Positions 1 through 7,795 of a stretch of DNA of 25,761 nt are shown piece after piece. Within the stretch, counting starts at the first letter, position 1. Each line of letters starts with the position of its first letter. A program made the position numbers and the translations under genes. Under the pieces are notes generated by a model. That model was not told the DNA's origin. It saw only the letters and a list, made by a program, of their open reading frames with translations, and did not search any database. Origin of the DNA: a virus (Duplodnaviria > Caudoviricetes); IMG/VR virus record IMGVR_UViG_3300018073_000026, positions 1-25,761 of that record. One strand, given 5' to 3'.

Positions 1-89
1 ACGACCTGCCCAGGACGGAGCTTGACGACGGGGCTCCCGTCCTCGTTGAAGACGGTCGCCCCCTGCTCGCCGACGCGGTAGATGGTCAT
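1..89 (-). CDS. Hypothetical protein downstream of capsid (runs off window edge)
   Basis: ATG at 89, manually translated MTIYRVGEQGATVFNEDGSPVVKLRPGQV...; 20 nt after the MCP stop. Confidence 0.6.
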   Translation of the reverse strand, partial: MTIYRVGEQGATVFNEDGSPVVKLRPGQV

Positions 90-109
90 GGTTCGACTGC
101 GCTCACCAC

Positions 110-1414
110 CTACGCGCCCGTCACGCGACAGACGGCGGTCGGTCGGAACAGCGCGAACGCGGCGCGAAGCTCCGCCAGCAGCGTCTGCATGTTACGGATA
201 AACTGGTCGTTGATCGTCCCCGTACGGATGGCGCTCTGCTCGCGATCGTAGAGCGTCATCTGCGTGAAGTCGGCGACGACCACCGTGTCGACCGGGGTGC
301 CGATCGAGAGCACGACCGGGCGGCCCCAGAGGGTCGTCGGACCGGCCACGCTCGGCGGACCCATCAGGTAGGCGCCGCCGGAGGCTCCGGTCTCTCGGGA
401 GAGGCGGACGGCCTCGAAGTCGACCGGGTTCCAGACCGACGCGGTCGGGTTCGAGAGCCCGGTCACCATGACCGCCGTCATGGCGTGGTAGACGGCATCG
501 GCCGCGGACCCGGACCCGGCCCCGAGCCCGGTCGTCAGGATGTTGGGGTTCGACAGGATGCCGAGCAGGTTGGGCGCGGTGCCGTTGCCGCTGATGAGCT
601 GCGTCTCCAGCGCCAGCGCCAGGTGCGTCAGGAGCTGGTTCTCGATGAGCGACTGCACGGCCGGCGAGTCCGAGAGCATCTGGTTCGTGACTGGCACCCA
701 CTCGGCGACGGTCGAGACCGGCGTCTGTCGTAGCGTCCAGCCGATCGCGCCCTCGGGCTTGAGCCCGGTCGCGCCCGTTGAGACGGTCGCCTCGGCGACG
801 GGCGCCGCCGCGTTCGTCGAGGTCGTCATCTCGTAGTACTCGATCATGTTCGACGTCGTGGACGACGTCGGGATCAAGTCGAGCAGCGTGGTCTGGCGCC
901 AGAGGAAGTCGAGCCCCGAGACCCGGTCCGGACGGATCGTCGCCCCGCCGACGCCGGTCCCGGAGTGGACCAGCGCCTTGCTGAGCAGCTCGTGCAGCAG
1001 CGAGCCGTCGAGCTTGACGCCGAGCTCGACCCGGCTCGACGGGTTGTTGAGCACGCCGCTCTCGATGATCCGCTTGTACTCGCCGCTCTCGACGAACTGA
1101 CGACCGAACATCTTGGTCCCGCCGTCGCCGTGAGCGTTGTGCTCGTCGCCCTGGTCCGGCTGGGTGTGGCCGTTGACCGGCTGGCGGAGCCGCTTCTGGT
1201 TGTCGAGGATGCGCTGCTTCCGAGCGGCGGCGTCTTCGAGCCCTGAGAGCTTGTCTTCGAGACCGTCGATCTCGCCGAGCAGGCGCTTCGCCTCGGCGTA
1301 GTCCTCGGCGTTGTCGGCCTGGGTCAGCCCTGACGGGTACTTATTCTCGATCGCGGCCGCCGCGTCATAGAGCCGACGGATCTCGGCGTGCGCCTCGGGA
1401 ATCGTCATGCTCAC
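110..1414 (-). CDS. HK97-fold major capsid protein with N-terminal coiled-coil delta (scaffold) domain
   Basis: 434 aa; helical N-terminus; motifs VPVTNQMLSDSP, ISGNGTAPNLLGIL, TLWGRPVV, NDQFIRNM...AELR; GTGA overlap with upstream ORF (alternative start ATG 1408). Confidence 0.96.
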   Translation of the reverse strand: MSMTIPEAHAEIRRLYDAAAAIENKYPSGLTQADNAEDYAEAKRLLGEIDGLEDKLSGLEDAAARKQRILDNQKRLRQPVNGHTQPDQGDEHNAHGDGGTKMFGRQFVESGEYKRIIESGVLNNPSSRVELGVKLDGSLLHELLSKALVHSGTGVGGATIRPDRVSGLDFLWRQTTLLDLIPTSSTTSNMIEYYEMTTSTNAAAPVAEATVSTGATGLKPEGAIGWTLRQTPVSTVAEWVPVTNQMLSDSPAVQSLIENQLLTHLALALETQLISGNGTAPNLLGILSNPNILTTGLGAGSGSAADAVYHAMTAVMVTGLSNPTASVWNPVDFEAVRLSRETGASGGAYLMGPPSVAGPTTLWGRPVVLSIGTPVDTVVVADFTQMTLYDREQSAIRTGTINDQFIRNMQTLLAELRAAFALFRPTAVCRVTGA

Positions 1415-1626
1415 GGCTGGGACTCCTCTGCCGGCGGCGCGTTGGGGTCGGTCGGCGGCGGCGTTGGCGTGCTCGGGTCGGCCGGCGCGTTCGGGTCGAC
1501 CGGGGCGGACGGGTCACGCGGCAGCTTCGGGTCGCGTGGCCGTTCCACGGCGGGAATATCGCCCGCTTCGCGTGCGACATCGCGCTCGGGCTTGATCGGC
1601 GGGGTGCTCGGGCTACTGCTCGTCAT
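1411..1626 (-). CDS. 71-aa Pro/Asp/Thr-rich low-complexity protein between protease and capsid
   Basis: ATGA overlap with protease stop, GGAGG RBS, GTGA overlap with MCP; DPxxP repeats. Confidence 0.7.
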   Translation of the reverse strand: MTSSSPSTPPIKPERDVAREAGDIPAVERPRDPKLPRDPSAPVDPNAPADPSTPTPPPTDPNAPPAEESQP

Positions 1627-2186
1627 GAGATGGCCTCCAGGCGGATGCCGTGGCGCGCCAGCTTGCGGCGGCGCAGCTCCAGGCTCAGGTGCAGGCGCGG
1701 CGCGGGCGGATCGGCCGCCTTCGGCGCCGCCTTGACCGCGGTGATGACGGCGTTCGTGTTGGCCGGGATCGCGACGGCCGAGACCTCGTACAGCTCGACG
1801 GCCTGGAGCACGCGGGCGCCGTCGCCACGGATCTCCCACTCCATCGGGATGTAGCCGATCGAGAGCGAGTCGAGGACGCCAGCCTTCGCGAGCTTGTAGG
1901 CGTCGGTGCCGACCGTGGTGTCGACGACCGACCAGCGGCCATAGAGGCCCTCGTCGGTCTCGCGGATCTCAAGCTGCTTGCCGATCGGCGTGTGGTGCTC
2001 GTACAGAAACTTCGTCGGCCGAGCTTCAATCGACGCGGCGAACGCGCCTGGCTGCACGACGTCGCCGTAGGCGTCGGGCTCGCCCCACCACGTCGAGGCT
2101 AAGCCTGCGATCTCCCAGCCGGTGTTGTCGGCGTTGCGCTCGGCCGCCTTGACCGCGAACGGGATGCTTTTGTACTCCAGGGCCAT
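1623..2186 (-). CDS. HK97-family prohead maturation protease
   Basis: DAYGDVVQPGAF, LYEH, PIGK, GLYGR, LSIGY, LYEVSAVAIPAN motifs; upstream of MCP. Confidence 0.96.
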   Translation of the reverse strand: MALEYKSIPFAVKAAERNADNTGWEIAGLASTWWGEPDAYGDVVQPGAFAASIEARPTKFLYEHHTPIGKQLEIRETDEGLYGRWSVVDTTVGTDAYKLAKAGVLDSLSIGYIPMEWEIRGDGARVLQAVELYEVSAVAIPANTNAVITAVKAAPKAADPPAPRLHLSLELRRRKLARHGIRLEAIS

Positions 2187-2191
2187 AAGAA

Positions 2192-2237
2192 AGAGCCCCG
2201 ATCCTTGCGCCTCTACGGGCGTCGGAATCGGGGCTCT
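2192..2237 (-). promoter_or_regulatory. Strong stem-loop in protease 5' leader
   Basis: Perfect 11-bp inverted repeat AGAGCCCCGAT (2192-2202)/ATCGGGGCTCT (2227-2237) with inner pairing; 5 nt (TTCTT) before the ATG. Confidence 0.75.
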
Positions 2238-2267
2238 GATGGCCCTCTTGGCGTGATCGTTGCTGCT

Positions 2268-2296
2268 AGGTTACATCAGCCGCTCATATCCTGCAA
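2268..2296 (-). promoter_or_regulatory. Putative sigma70-type promoter for protease-capsid genes
   Basis: TTGCAG-N17-TAACCT in an AT-richer intergenic region. Confidence 0.55.
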
Positions 2297-2325
2297 TGAT
2301 GGGCAGTCAGCATCAGATGTCATGC

Positions 2326-2907
2326 TCAGGCGCCGCACGGGGACGTGGCCTTGAACCAGTCAGGCGCGGCGGCAAAGCGCGGGCCGCAGAGGGTTCTTCC
2401 GTAGTGCGGATCATACGGCGCGCCGGGCACCACCATGCCGACCGCGTCTCCGTCCATCAGATAGCCGACCCCGTACTCGTATTCGGTGAGCGTGAATGGC
2501 CCGGCGACGATTCCGTCGGGGTAGTTCGTCGTCAGGGCGGTGCCGTAGAGCGTGCGGCCCTCGACGCGGTCAATCGTCACCGCTGCGCTCCCCGGCTCGA
2601 CGCCAGCCCCACCCCTGCGCCAGCCCATCGCGGCTGTCCCGTCCTGCGCAATACGGAGGTAGTTGTTGTGGTTCGCCCAGGTGCCGGCGAAGTCCTGGAG
2701 CGTGAGCGGCGCGGCCTCGGCGGCCTGTGCGGGCGTGCCAACCAGGAAGCGGCCGAACCTGCTGACGTTCGCCCCGATGGCGGCCCAGCTCTCGCCGGCG
2801 TCGGTCTTCGCGACCGCGCGGGCAAGGTCGTTGATGAACGGCGGCACAACGACCAGGAGGGTAAGCCATGCGAGCGCGGCGAGTGCGATACGATAGCGGG
2901 TGTGCAT
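2326..2907 (-). CDS. Secreted or membrane-anchored hypothetical protein (moron-like)
   Basis: GGAGGT RBS before ATG 2907; N-terminal hydrophobic segment IALAALAWLTLLVVVPPFI; own TAGAAT -10 upstream. Confidence 0.7.
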   Translation of the reverse strand: MHTRYRIALAALAWLTLLVVVPPFINDLARAVAKTDAGESWAAIGANVSRFGRFLVGTPAQAAEAAPLTLQDFAGTWANHNNYLRIAQDGTAAMGWRRGGAGVEPGSAAVTIDRVEGRTLYGTALTTNYPDGIVAGPFTLTEYEYGVGYLMDGDAVGMVVPGAPYDPHYGRTLCGPRFAAAPDWFKATSPCGA

Positions 2908-2934
2908 CGTGACCTCCAACGTCCGGTGTACATG

Positions 2935-2974
2935 CGCCTCGGGTGGTGACAACGCCCGGGGCGTTCTGATTCTA
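2935..2974 (-). promoter_or_regulatory. -10 plus leader hairpin cassette (copy C)
   Basis: TAGAAT 2969-2974; hairpin 2935-2963. Confidence 0.5.
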
Positions 2975-2976
2975 CG

Positions 2977-3135
2977 CTAGCGCGGCTTGATAACGTTCAT
3001 GATTCCGCACTTCGGGCAGACGATCTGCGCCGCCCCGCGCCCGTCGAAGTCGCCGAGACGGCGCCGGCACGCCTTGCAGCGCACGGCCTTGAGCTCCAGC
3101 GTCGGCGCGGGCTCACGCCAGGACGAGGCGGCCAC
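2977..3135 (-). CDS. Com-family (phage Mu Com-like) zinc-ribbon regulator, 52 aa
   Basis: Not in the ORF track; manual translation MAASSWREPAPTLELKAVRCKACRRRLGDFDGRGAAQIVCPKCGIMNVIKPR; RCxxC...L...IxCPKCGxxN pattern; GAGGGAG RBS. Confidence 0.8.
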   Translation of the reverse strand: MAASSWREPAPTLELKAVRCKACRRRLGDFDGRGAAQIVCPKCGIMNVIKPR

Positions 3136-4216
3136 GACGCTCCCTCACTGACAGCGCGATCGCGCTCCACGCTTCGGGCCAGCGGTGCAGGTTGCCAGCC
3201 AGACTGTGCTTCCGCTCGACCCGTTTCCGCAGTCGCGTCGCCATGATCGCTCGCAGTGCCGGACGAGCGACCAGCGCCGACAACGCAGCCTCCCACTCGT
3301 CGGCCGTCTCGGCGAGATACCCGTGCTTCTCGTGCTCGATCAGCTGCCCGTAGACGGTCGGCGTCGCGACAACGGCGGCGCCAGCAACGGCGGCCTCCAT
3401 CGCCTTGATGGCCGTCTTACAGCGATTGAACCGCTCGTCGGCCACGCTACAGCAGGCGATGTCGACCTCGACGAGCCCGGCCGGGTACCGTTCGAGTGGC
3501 ATCCACGGGAGCACGAGCAGACGGTCGGCCGGCACCGCCTCCGTCACCACGGCCGGCACATGCCCTTGGACCACGAACGTCACGGACGGGTGGCTCTGAG
3601 CGATCCGCGCCCACGCCTCGGCCATCGGGGCCAGGTCGCGGTCAGGGCGACGGCCGCCGGCCCAGCCGATCGTCGGCGACGCTGTGCGCCGCTGGGCAGA
3701 GCTCAGGACGCGCCGGAACCACGGCAGGTCTATCGCGTTCGGCACGACGACGACGGGCCGTGGCGTGAAGCTCCGCACGACCGTCGCTAAGCGCTGCGTC
3801 GAGACGGCCACGCCGTCACACTGCTGCATCGTCCAGATCCGCTCGAACCGCTCGGCCTCCAGCTCGGCGTACGACTTGCCCTCGGTCCAGCCCAACTCGA
3901 CGGTGCGGCGCGACAGGTCCGACGTAAAGATGTCGTCGTCGGCGTCGTAGACCGTGAAGCGTCCGGCTCGTCGGATCATGGTGAACCACTGCTCCGCGAT
4001 CCGCCGCTGGCCCGGCTGCCAGGCCATGCGCGGCAGGACGTAGCCGTCGTAGAGCGGAGCGATCTCCCCGATGCCGGCCGCGTCCTTCGGCGCCCAGTCG
4101 GCCGGGTAGCCCGCCGTGTGCAGCGCCGTGAACGGCGAGAGCACGCGCCAGAGCGTCGGGCCGCTCATGTCGCCGACGAGCGCCAGGACGCTCGGACCTG
4201 ACGGTCGATCAGCCAT
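3113..4216 (-). CDS. Glycosyltransferase, GT-B fold (GT4-like)
   Basis: VYDADDD, VSTQRLA, VVVPNAID, IGWAGG, FNRCKTAIKAMEAAVAGAAVVAT, IEHEKHGYLA; start trimmed to ATG 4216 with GGGAG RBS. Confidence 0.9.
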   Translation of the reverse strand: MADRPSGPSVLALVGDMSGPTLWRVLSPFTALHTAGYPADWAPKDAAGIGEIAPLYDGYVLPRMAWQPGQRRIAEQWFTMIRRAGRFTVYDADDDIFTSDLSRRTVELGWTEGKSYAELEAERFERIWTMQQCDGVAVSTQRLATVVRSFTPRPVVVVPNAIDLPWFRRVLSSAQRRTASPTIGWAGGRRPDRDLAPMAEAWARIAQSHPSVTFVVQGHVPAVVTEAVPADRLLVLPWMPLERYPAGLVEVDIACCSVADERFNRCKTAIKAMEAAVAGAAVVATPTVYGQLIEHEKHGYLAETADEWEAALSALVARPALRAIMATRLRKRVERKHSLAGNLHRWPEAWSAIALSVRERRGRLVLA

Positions 4217-4385
4217 CGTAGGCTCCCTGGAGCGCGAGCGTGAGCCACCGCTGGACCCGCCGCCCGCAGCCGTCGCAGTATTCGCCGCCCTCGGCAAGCG
4301 TATGACTCACGGCCCCGCAGCCCACGCAGGCGCCGCCGTCGAACATCGTCGTCGCCTCGGCCCGGCCGTCGTCGCGGGGTGTCAT
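4209..4385 (-). CDS. Small Zn-finger-like protein, 58 aa
   Basis: ATGA overlap with GT2 stop; CVGC...CDGC. Confidence 0.6.
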   Translation of the reverse strand: MTPRDDGRAEATTMFDGGACVGCGAVSHTLAEGGEYCDGCGRRVQRWLTLALQGAYDG

Positions 4386-5020
4386 CCGTCGATCCGATGC
4401 GAGAGCAGCGTCTCGGGGACGTGGGTCCATGTCTTGCCCGCGTTCATCCATCGCTCGTACTGGTCCCAGTCGCTCCCCGATCCGACGTGCACGCGGAAGC
4501 CGCCGCCGTCGACGTCGAGGAGCGCGGTGCGGTGCAGCGCATGGGTCACCTGGCCGTTCTGCGGCGGGTCGGTGCCGATGACGAAGCGCCGCGCCTCGTC
4601 CCAGACGAAGTAGACCTCAACGTTCGGATAGACGAAGTCGACGCCGGTTTCCTCGATGGTACGGACCATCCGCTCGATGTAGTCGGGCACGAGCATCCGC
4701 TCGTCGTCGGCCAGCCAGACCTGATAGTCGCCGGCAGCGACCCAGTTGGCGACCTGGAACGGCACGGCGTTCCGGCTATTCGTCAAGAACGTCGTCCAGT
4801 TACGGCCGAGCGGGACGTAACGCATGAGCACGTCGGCGGTGTCCGCGCAGTCGAGCGCGGCGAGCGCGACCCGTGACGTCTCCGGATCCGGGCCGTCCGA
4901 GACGATCACGTGCTCCAGCGGTCGATAGGTCTGCGCGCGGACGTTCTCGATGCAGCCCGCTAGCAGCTCTGGCCGCCGATAGGTGCCTGTCAGGACCGAG
5001 ACCAGCGGACGCTCGGTCAC
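4382..5020 (-). CDS. Glycosyltransferase family 2 (GT-A fold)
   Basis: PLVSVLTGTYRRPELL, QTYRPLEHVIVSDG, WLADDE (DxD-like), SDWD. Confidence 0.92.
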   Translation of the reverse strand: MTERPLVSVLTGTYRRPELLAGCIENVRAQTYRPLEHVIVSDGPDPETSRVALAALDCADTADVLMRYVPLGRNWTTFLTNSRNAVPFQVANWVAAGDYQVWLADDERMLVPDYIERMVRTIEETGVDFVYPNVEVYFVWDEARRFVIGTDPPQNGQVTHALHRTALLDVDGGGFRVHVGSGSDWDQYERWMNAGKTWTHVPETLLSHRIDG

Positions 5021-5244
5021 GGTCCGCGCTCCGCCCGCAGCCGCCGGACCTCGGCCAGCAGAGCCGGCACATCATCCTGGGCGAGGACCAGCGCCTGACG
5101 GACCGGCCGAGACGCGAGCGAGCCGCCGTCGCTCAGCCAGAACGGGTCCAGATGATCGCCGACGATCGGCTTCGGCCGGTCGGCGAAGACCCGTGCGCGC
5201 GCCTCGATCTCGTCGAGCCGTCTCTCGGTCAACGGCTCGCTCAC
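5017..5244 (-). CDS. Hypothetical protein
   Basis: 75 aa, GTGA overlaps at both ends; common phage motif LDEIEAR...DVPALLAEVRRLR. Confidence 0.75.
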   Translation of the reverse strand: MSEPLTERRLDEIEARARVFADRPKPIVGDHLDPFWLSDGGSLASRPVRQALVLAQDDVPALLAEVRRLRAERGP

Positions 5245-5489
5245 GGGTTTGCGGTCTTCAGACAGGCGACCTGCACGGCGCGGTGGTAGCAGCGCACCCC
5301 GTCAGCGTCGAATGGCGTCGCCACGAGCGGTGCCAGGAGCAGCCAGAAGACGTAGAGCAGGACGCTGAGCGCGAAGATGAGCGCGGCGGCGCCGAGCAGC
5401 AGTGCCGCGATGGCGGCCTGCTTGTGCGATCGCTCGTGGGACTGCTCGTACCGCGTGATCGGCGCAGCGGCGGTGTCGTGGGTGTGCAT
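5241..5489 (-). CDS. Small membrane protein
   Basis: GGGAGG RBS, ATG 5489; long hydrophobic stretch AAIAALLLGAAALIFALSVLLYVFWLLLAPLV. Confidence 0.7.
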   Translation of the reverse strand: MHTHDTAAAPITRYEQSHERSHKQAAIAALLLGAAALIFALSVLLYVFWLLLAPLVATPFDADGVRCYHRAVQVACLKTANP

Positions 5490-5532
5490 GCGTGCCTCCC
5501 TGAAGGCGTGATGACCGAAACCAGCGGCCGCA

Positions 5533-5793
5533 TCACGCGCCGCCGCCAGGCCGTCCGCACTCATGCGGCTCGTGGAGTACCAGTCTCGCGACGAGGCGCG
5601 CCTCTCGCCGCCCGGTTCGACGGAGCGTCGCCAGCTCGTCGGCCGGCGGGAGCCCGGCCATGACCAGCGCTGGCTCGGCGCGGAACTGCCGCTCGATCTC
5701 GGCCTCGATGTCGGCGCCGCTGGTGGCGATGACGACCTCGGCCCAGCATTGGATACAGCCATCCTGCGCGCAGACGCGCTCAAACACGCTCAT
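5533..5793 (-). CDS. Hypothetical protein, 86 aa
   Basis: ATGA overlap with portal stop; Cys/His-containing (CAQDGCIQC...HEPHEC). Confidence 0.65.
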   Translation of the reverse strand: MSVFERVCAQDGCIQCWAEVVIATSGADIEAEIERQFRAEPALVMAGLPPADELATLRRTGRREARLVARLVLHEPHECGRPGGGA

Positions 5794-7781
5794 GCAGACC
5801 TCGTCAATTCGGCCGCGTCGGTGATGGGGGCCAGCGCCCGCGTGCAGTTCGGATGCTGGAGCATGGCGGGCTCCTGGCCGAGCGCGAACGTCCGCCCGTT
5901 CATCGCCGAGCACGCCGCGTCGAAGTCGCCGTCCAGCACGCGCACGCCAACGACGACGCCAGACGCGCGATAGCTCGCCAGCGCCGCCTGATTCTGGCTC
6001 GTACCAAGCTCGGTACGGGCCACTACCCTGCCTCTGCCCTGGTCGAACGCCGGCAGCCCACGCAGCCGCCGGGCAAGCTGCTCGATGCCCTCGCCTTCCA
6101 TCTGCCCCTCGATCAGCGCGCTCTGCACGGCGGTACGAGTGGTCTCGGTTATTCCAGAAATATTCGCGCCCGCATCGAGCAGGTAGCGCCGGGTGGCCGG
6201 GTCGTCAAGCTCAAAGGCTATCCCGAGCTCGGAGACCACGAGCCGCGAGACCTCGCCGAGCACGCGGAGCTGGAGCGGCGTCAGCGTCTCGCCGAGCAGG
6301 GTCGCCTCGCCCTCGGTCACCAGCGCCTCGGCCGTGTCGGCGCCCGCTTGCAGCCGACGGATGACGCGGGCCTCCTGTGATGCCAGGAACGCGATCAGCT
6401 CCGACTCCCAGGTCGGGAGCGATGAGACCCGCAGGTCGTCGTAGAGGCCCGGCAGGTCCTCGGCGGCCTTGCGCTCTGCCGGCCGAAAGTGGGTCACATT
6501 CGGCCGGCTCCGCGACGCCGCGGCCGGCAGCGCCGTCGGGGCGGGAGCGACCACGGCCGGCTCGTAGCCGATCTCTGCTCTCGCCTCGTCGGCCGACAGG
6601 ATGCCTGCCTCAACCAGCGTCTTCAGACGGATCGCCGCGGCGTTCTGGTCGTCGCCGAGCGCGCGGACCTTCGAGATGTCGAACTCGACGACGGTGCGCC
6701 CGGAGGTATCGAAGTCGGGCACCAGTTGGAGCGTGACTTCGGACGCGAGCGCCCGCCAGAGCGGGATGAGCTTCTGCTCGGTGAACATCTCTCTCGCTTC
6801 GCGGACGTTGCTGTACGTCGCGCGCTGAAGCCCGGCGCCGAGCCCCGCGACGATGGCAGGCACCCCGAGCACGGCCGAGATTCGCTCCTCGGGCACGCGG
6901 TGCAGGATCTCCATGTTCATCTGCTCGGGCGAAAATCCCAACGCGTCGAGCTTGGCGCCAGGGCTAAGCACGGCCGCAGAGCCAGCGTTGTCGCCGCCGT
7001 AGGCTGCCTGGATGCGCGCCTTGAGCTGGTCGGCCGCCGCCTGGTCGATCGGAGCAGACTCCTTGTCGAACGAGAGCGTCAAGCCGTTGATGGCCAGGTT
7101 TGCGAGCAGACGGTCGGCGTAGCGCGTGGCCTGGTCGTCCGACGATATCTCGCGGAGCAGCCGCCTGAGCGGAGAGAGGCCGATGCGGTGGTCGCGGTCG
7201 TCGAGCCCGTAGCGGAAGTGGACGATGTTGGACGGGCTGATCTCCTCGGACGACGTGCTGCCGGGCGCGTAGCGGTAGCGTGTGATGAAGTCCGACGAGC
7301 CGCCGGTCGTCTCGACGGTCATCCGAGACGGCGAAATCGGCCAGAGCTCGACGACGGGCCCCGTCTCCGGGTCGCCAGCCCTGAGCTTCCGCCAGTAGGC
7401 GTTGCCGTCGACGTGCAGGCACGTCGAGACGTAGCCGAGCAGGGTATCCAGGCTCATATACGGGTTCGGCCGCTCCAGGAGCCGCCCAAGCTCGCCAGGG
7501 TCGATCTCGACGTGCTCGCTGCCGTCGGCGCGGTAGACCCGAAGCTCGGGCTCCGAGATCGCAGTGGCGATTGCTTGCAAGCACGCAAAAACGGCGCTGT
7601 TCGTCGCCTCCTGACCCCGTCCGCCGAAGCTGAACTGCCAGCCTGGCGGCGTGTACGTCAGCGTCGTGATCTGCACGGGAGCAGCCGGCGACGGCGACGC
7701 CTTGACCGCGAGCGGCAGCGCGTCCCAGCCGCGAGCCTTGCCGCCGAAGCCGAGCGGGCCCAGCCAGTCAAACACGCCCAT
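5790..7781 (-). CDS. HK97-family portal protein fused to MuF/SPP1 gp7-like head morphogenesis domain
   Basis: Portal motifs NSAVFACLQAIA, LLERPNPYMS, GNAYW, LWPISP, IVHFR, GLSPL, ISAVLGVP, TYSN, DEARAEIG; C-terminal ITETTR, VARTE, CSAMNGR, HPNC. Confidence 0.92.
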   Translation of the reverse strand: MGVFDWLGPLGFGGKARGWDALPLAVKASPSPAAPVQITTLTYTPPGWQFSFGGRGQEATNSAVFACLQAIATAISEPELRVYRADGSEHVEIDPGELGRLLERPNPYMSLDTLLGYVSTCLHVDGNAYWRKLRAGDPETGPVVELWPISPSRMTVETTGGSSDFITRYRYAPGSTSSEEISPSNIVHFRYGLDDRDHRIGLSPLRRLLREISSDDQATRYADRLLANLAINGLTLSFDKESAPIDQAAADQLKARIQAAYGGDNAGSAAVLSPGAKLDALGFSPEQMNMEILHRVPEERISAVLGVPAIVAGLGAGLQRATYSNVREAREMFTEQKLIPLWRALASEVTLQLVPDFDTSGRTVVEFDISKVRALGDDQNAAAIRLKTLVEAGILSADEARAEIGYEPAVVAPAPTALPAAASRSRPNVTHFRPAERKAAEDLPGLYDDLRVSSLPTWESELIAFLASQEARVIRRLQAGADTAEALVTEGEATLLGETLTPLQLRVLGEVSRLVVSELGIAFELDDPATRRYLLDAGANISGITETTRTAVQSALIEGQMEGEGIEQLARRLRGLPAFDQGRGRVVARTELGTSQNQAALASYRASGVVVGVRVLDGDFDAACSAMNGRTFALGQEPAMLQHPNCTRALAPITDAAELTRSA

Positions 7782-7795
7782 CAGGCGGCCTCCCT

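Noticed and set aside
5241-5489. Holin call for the small membrane protein (also 19198-19368)
   Set aside because: Far from the endolysin and no holin-specific features; left as membrane proteins
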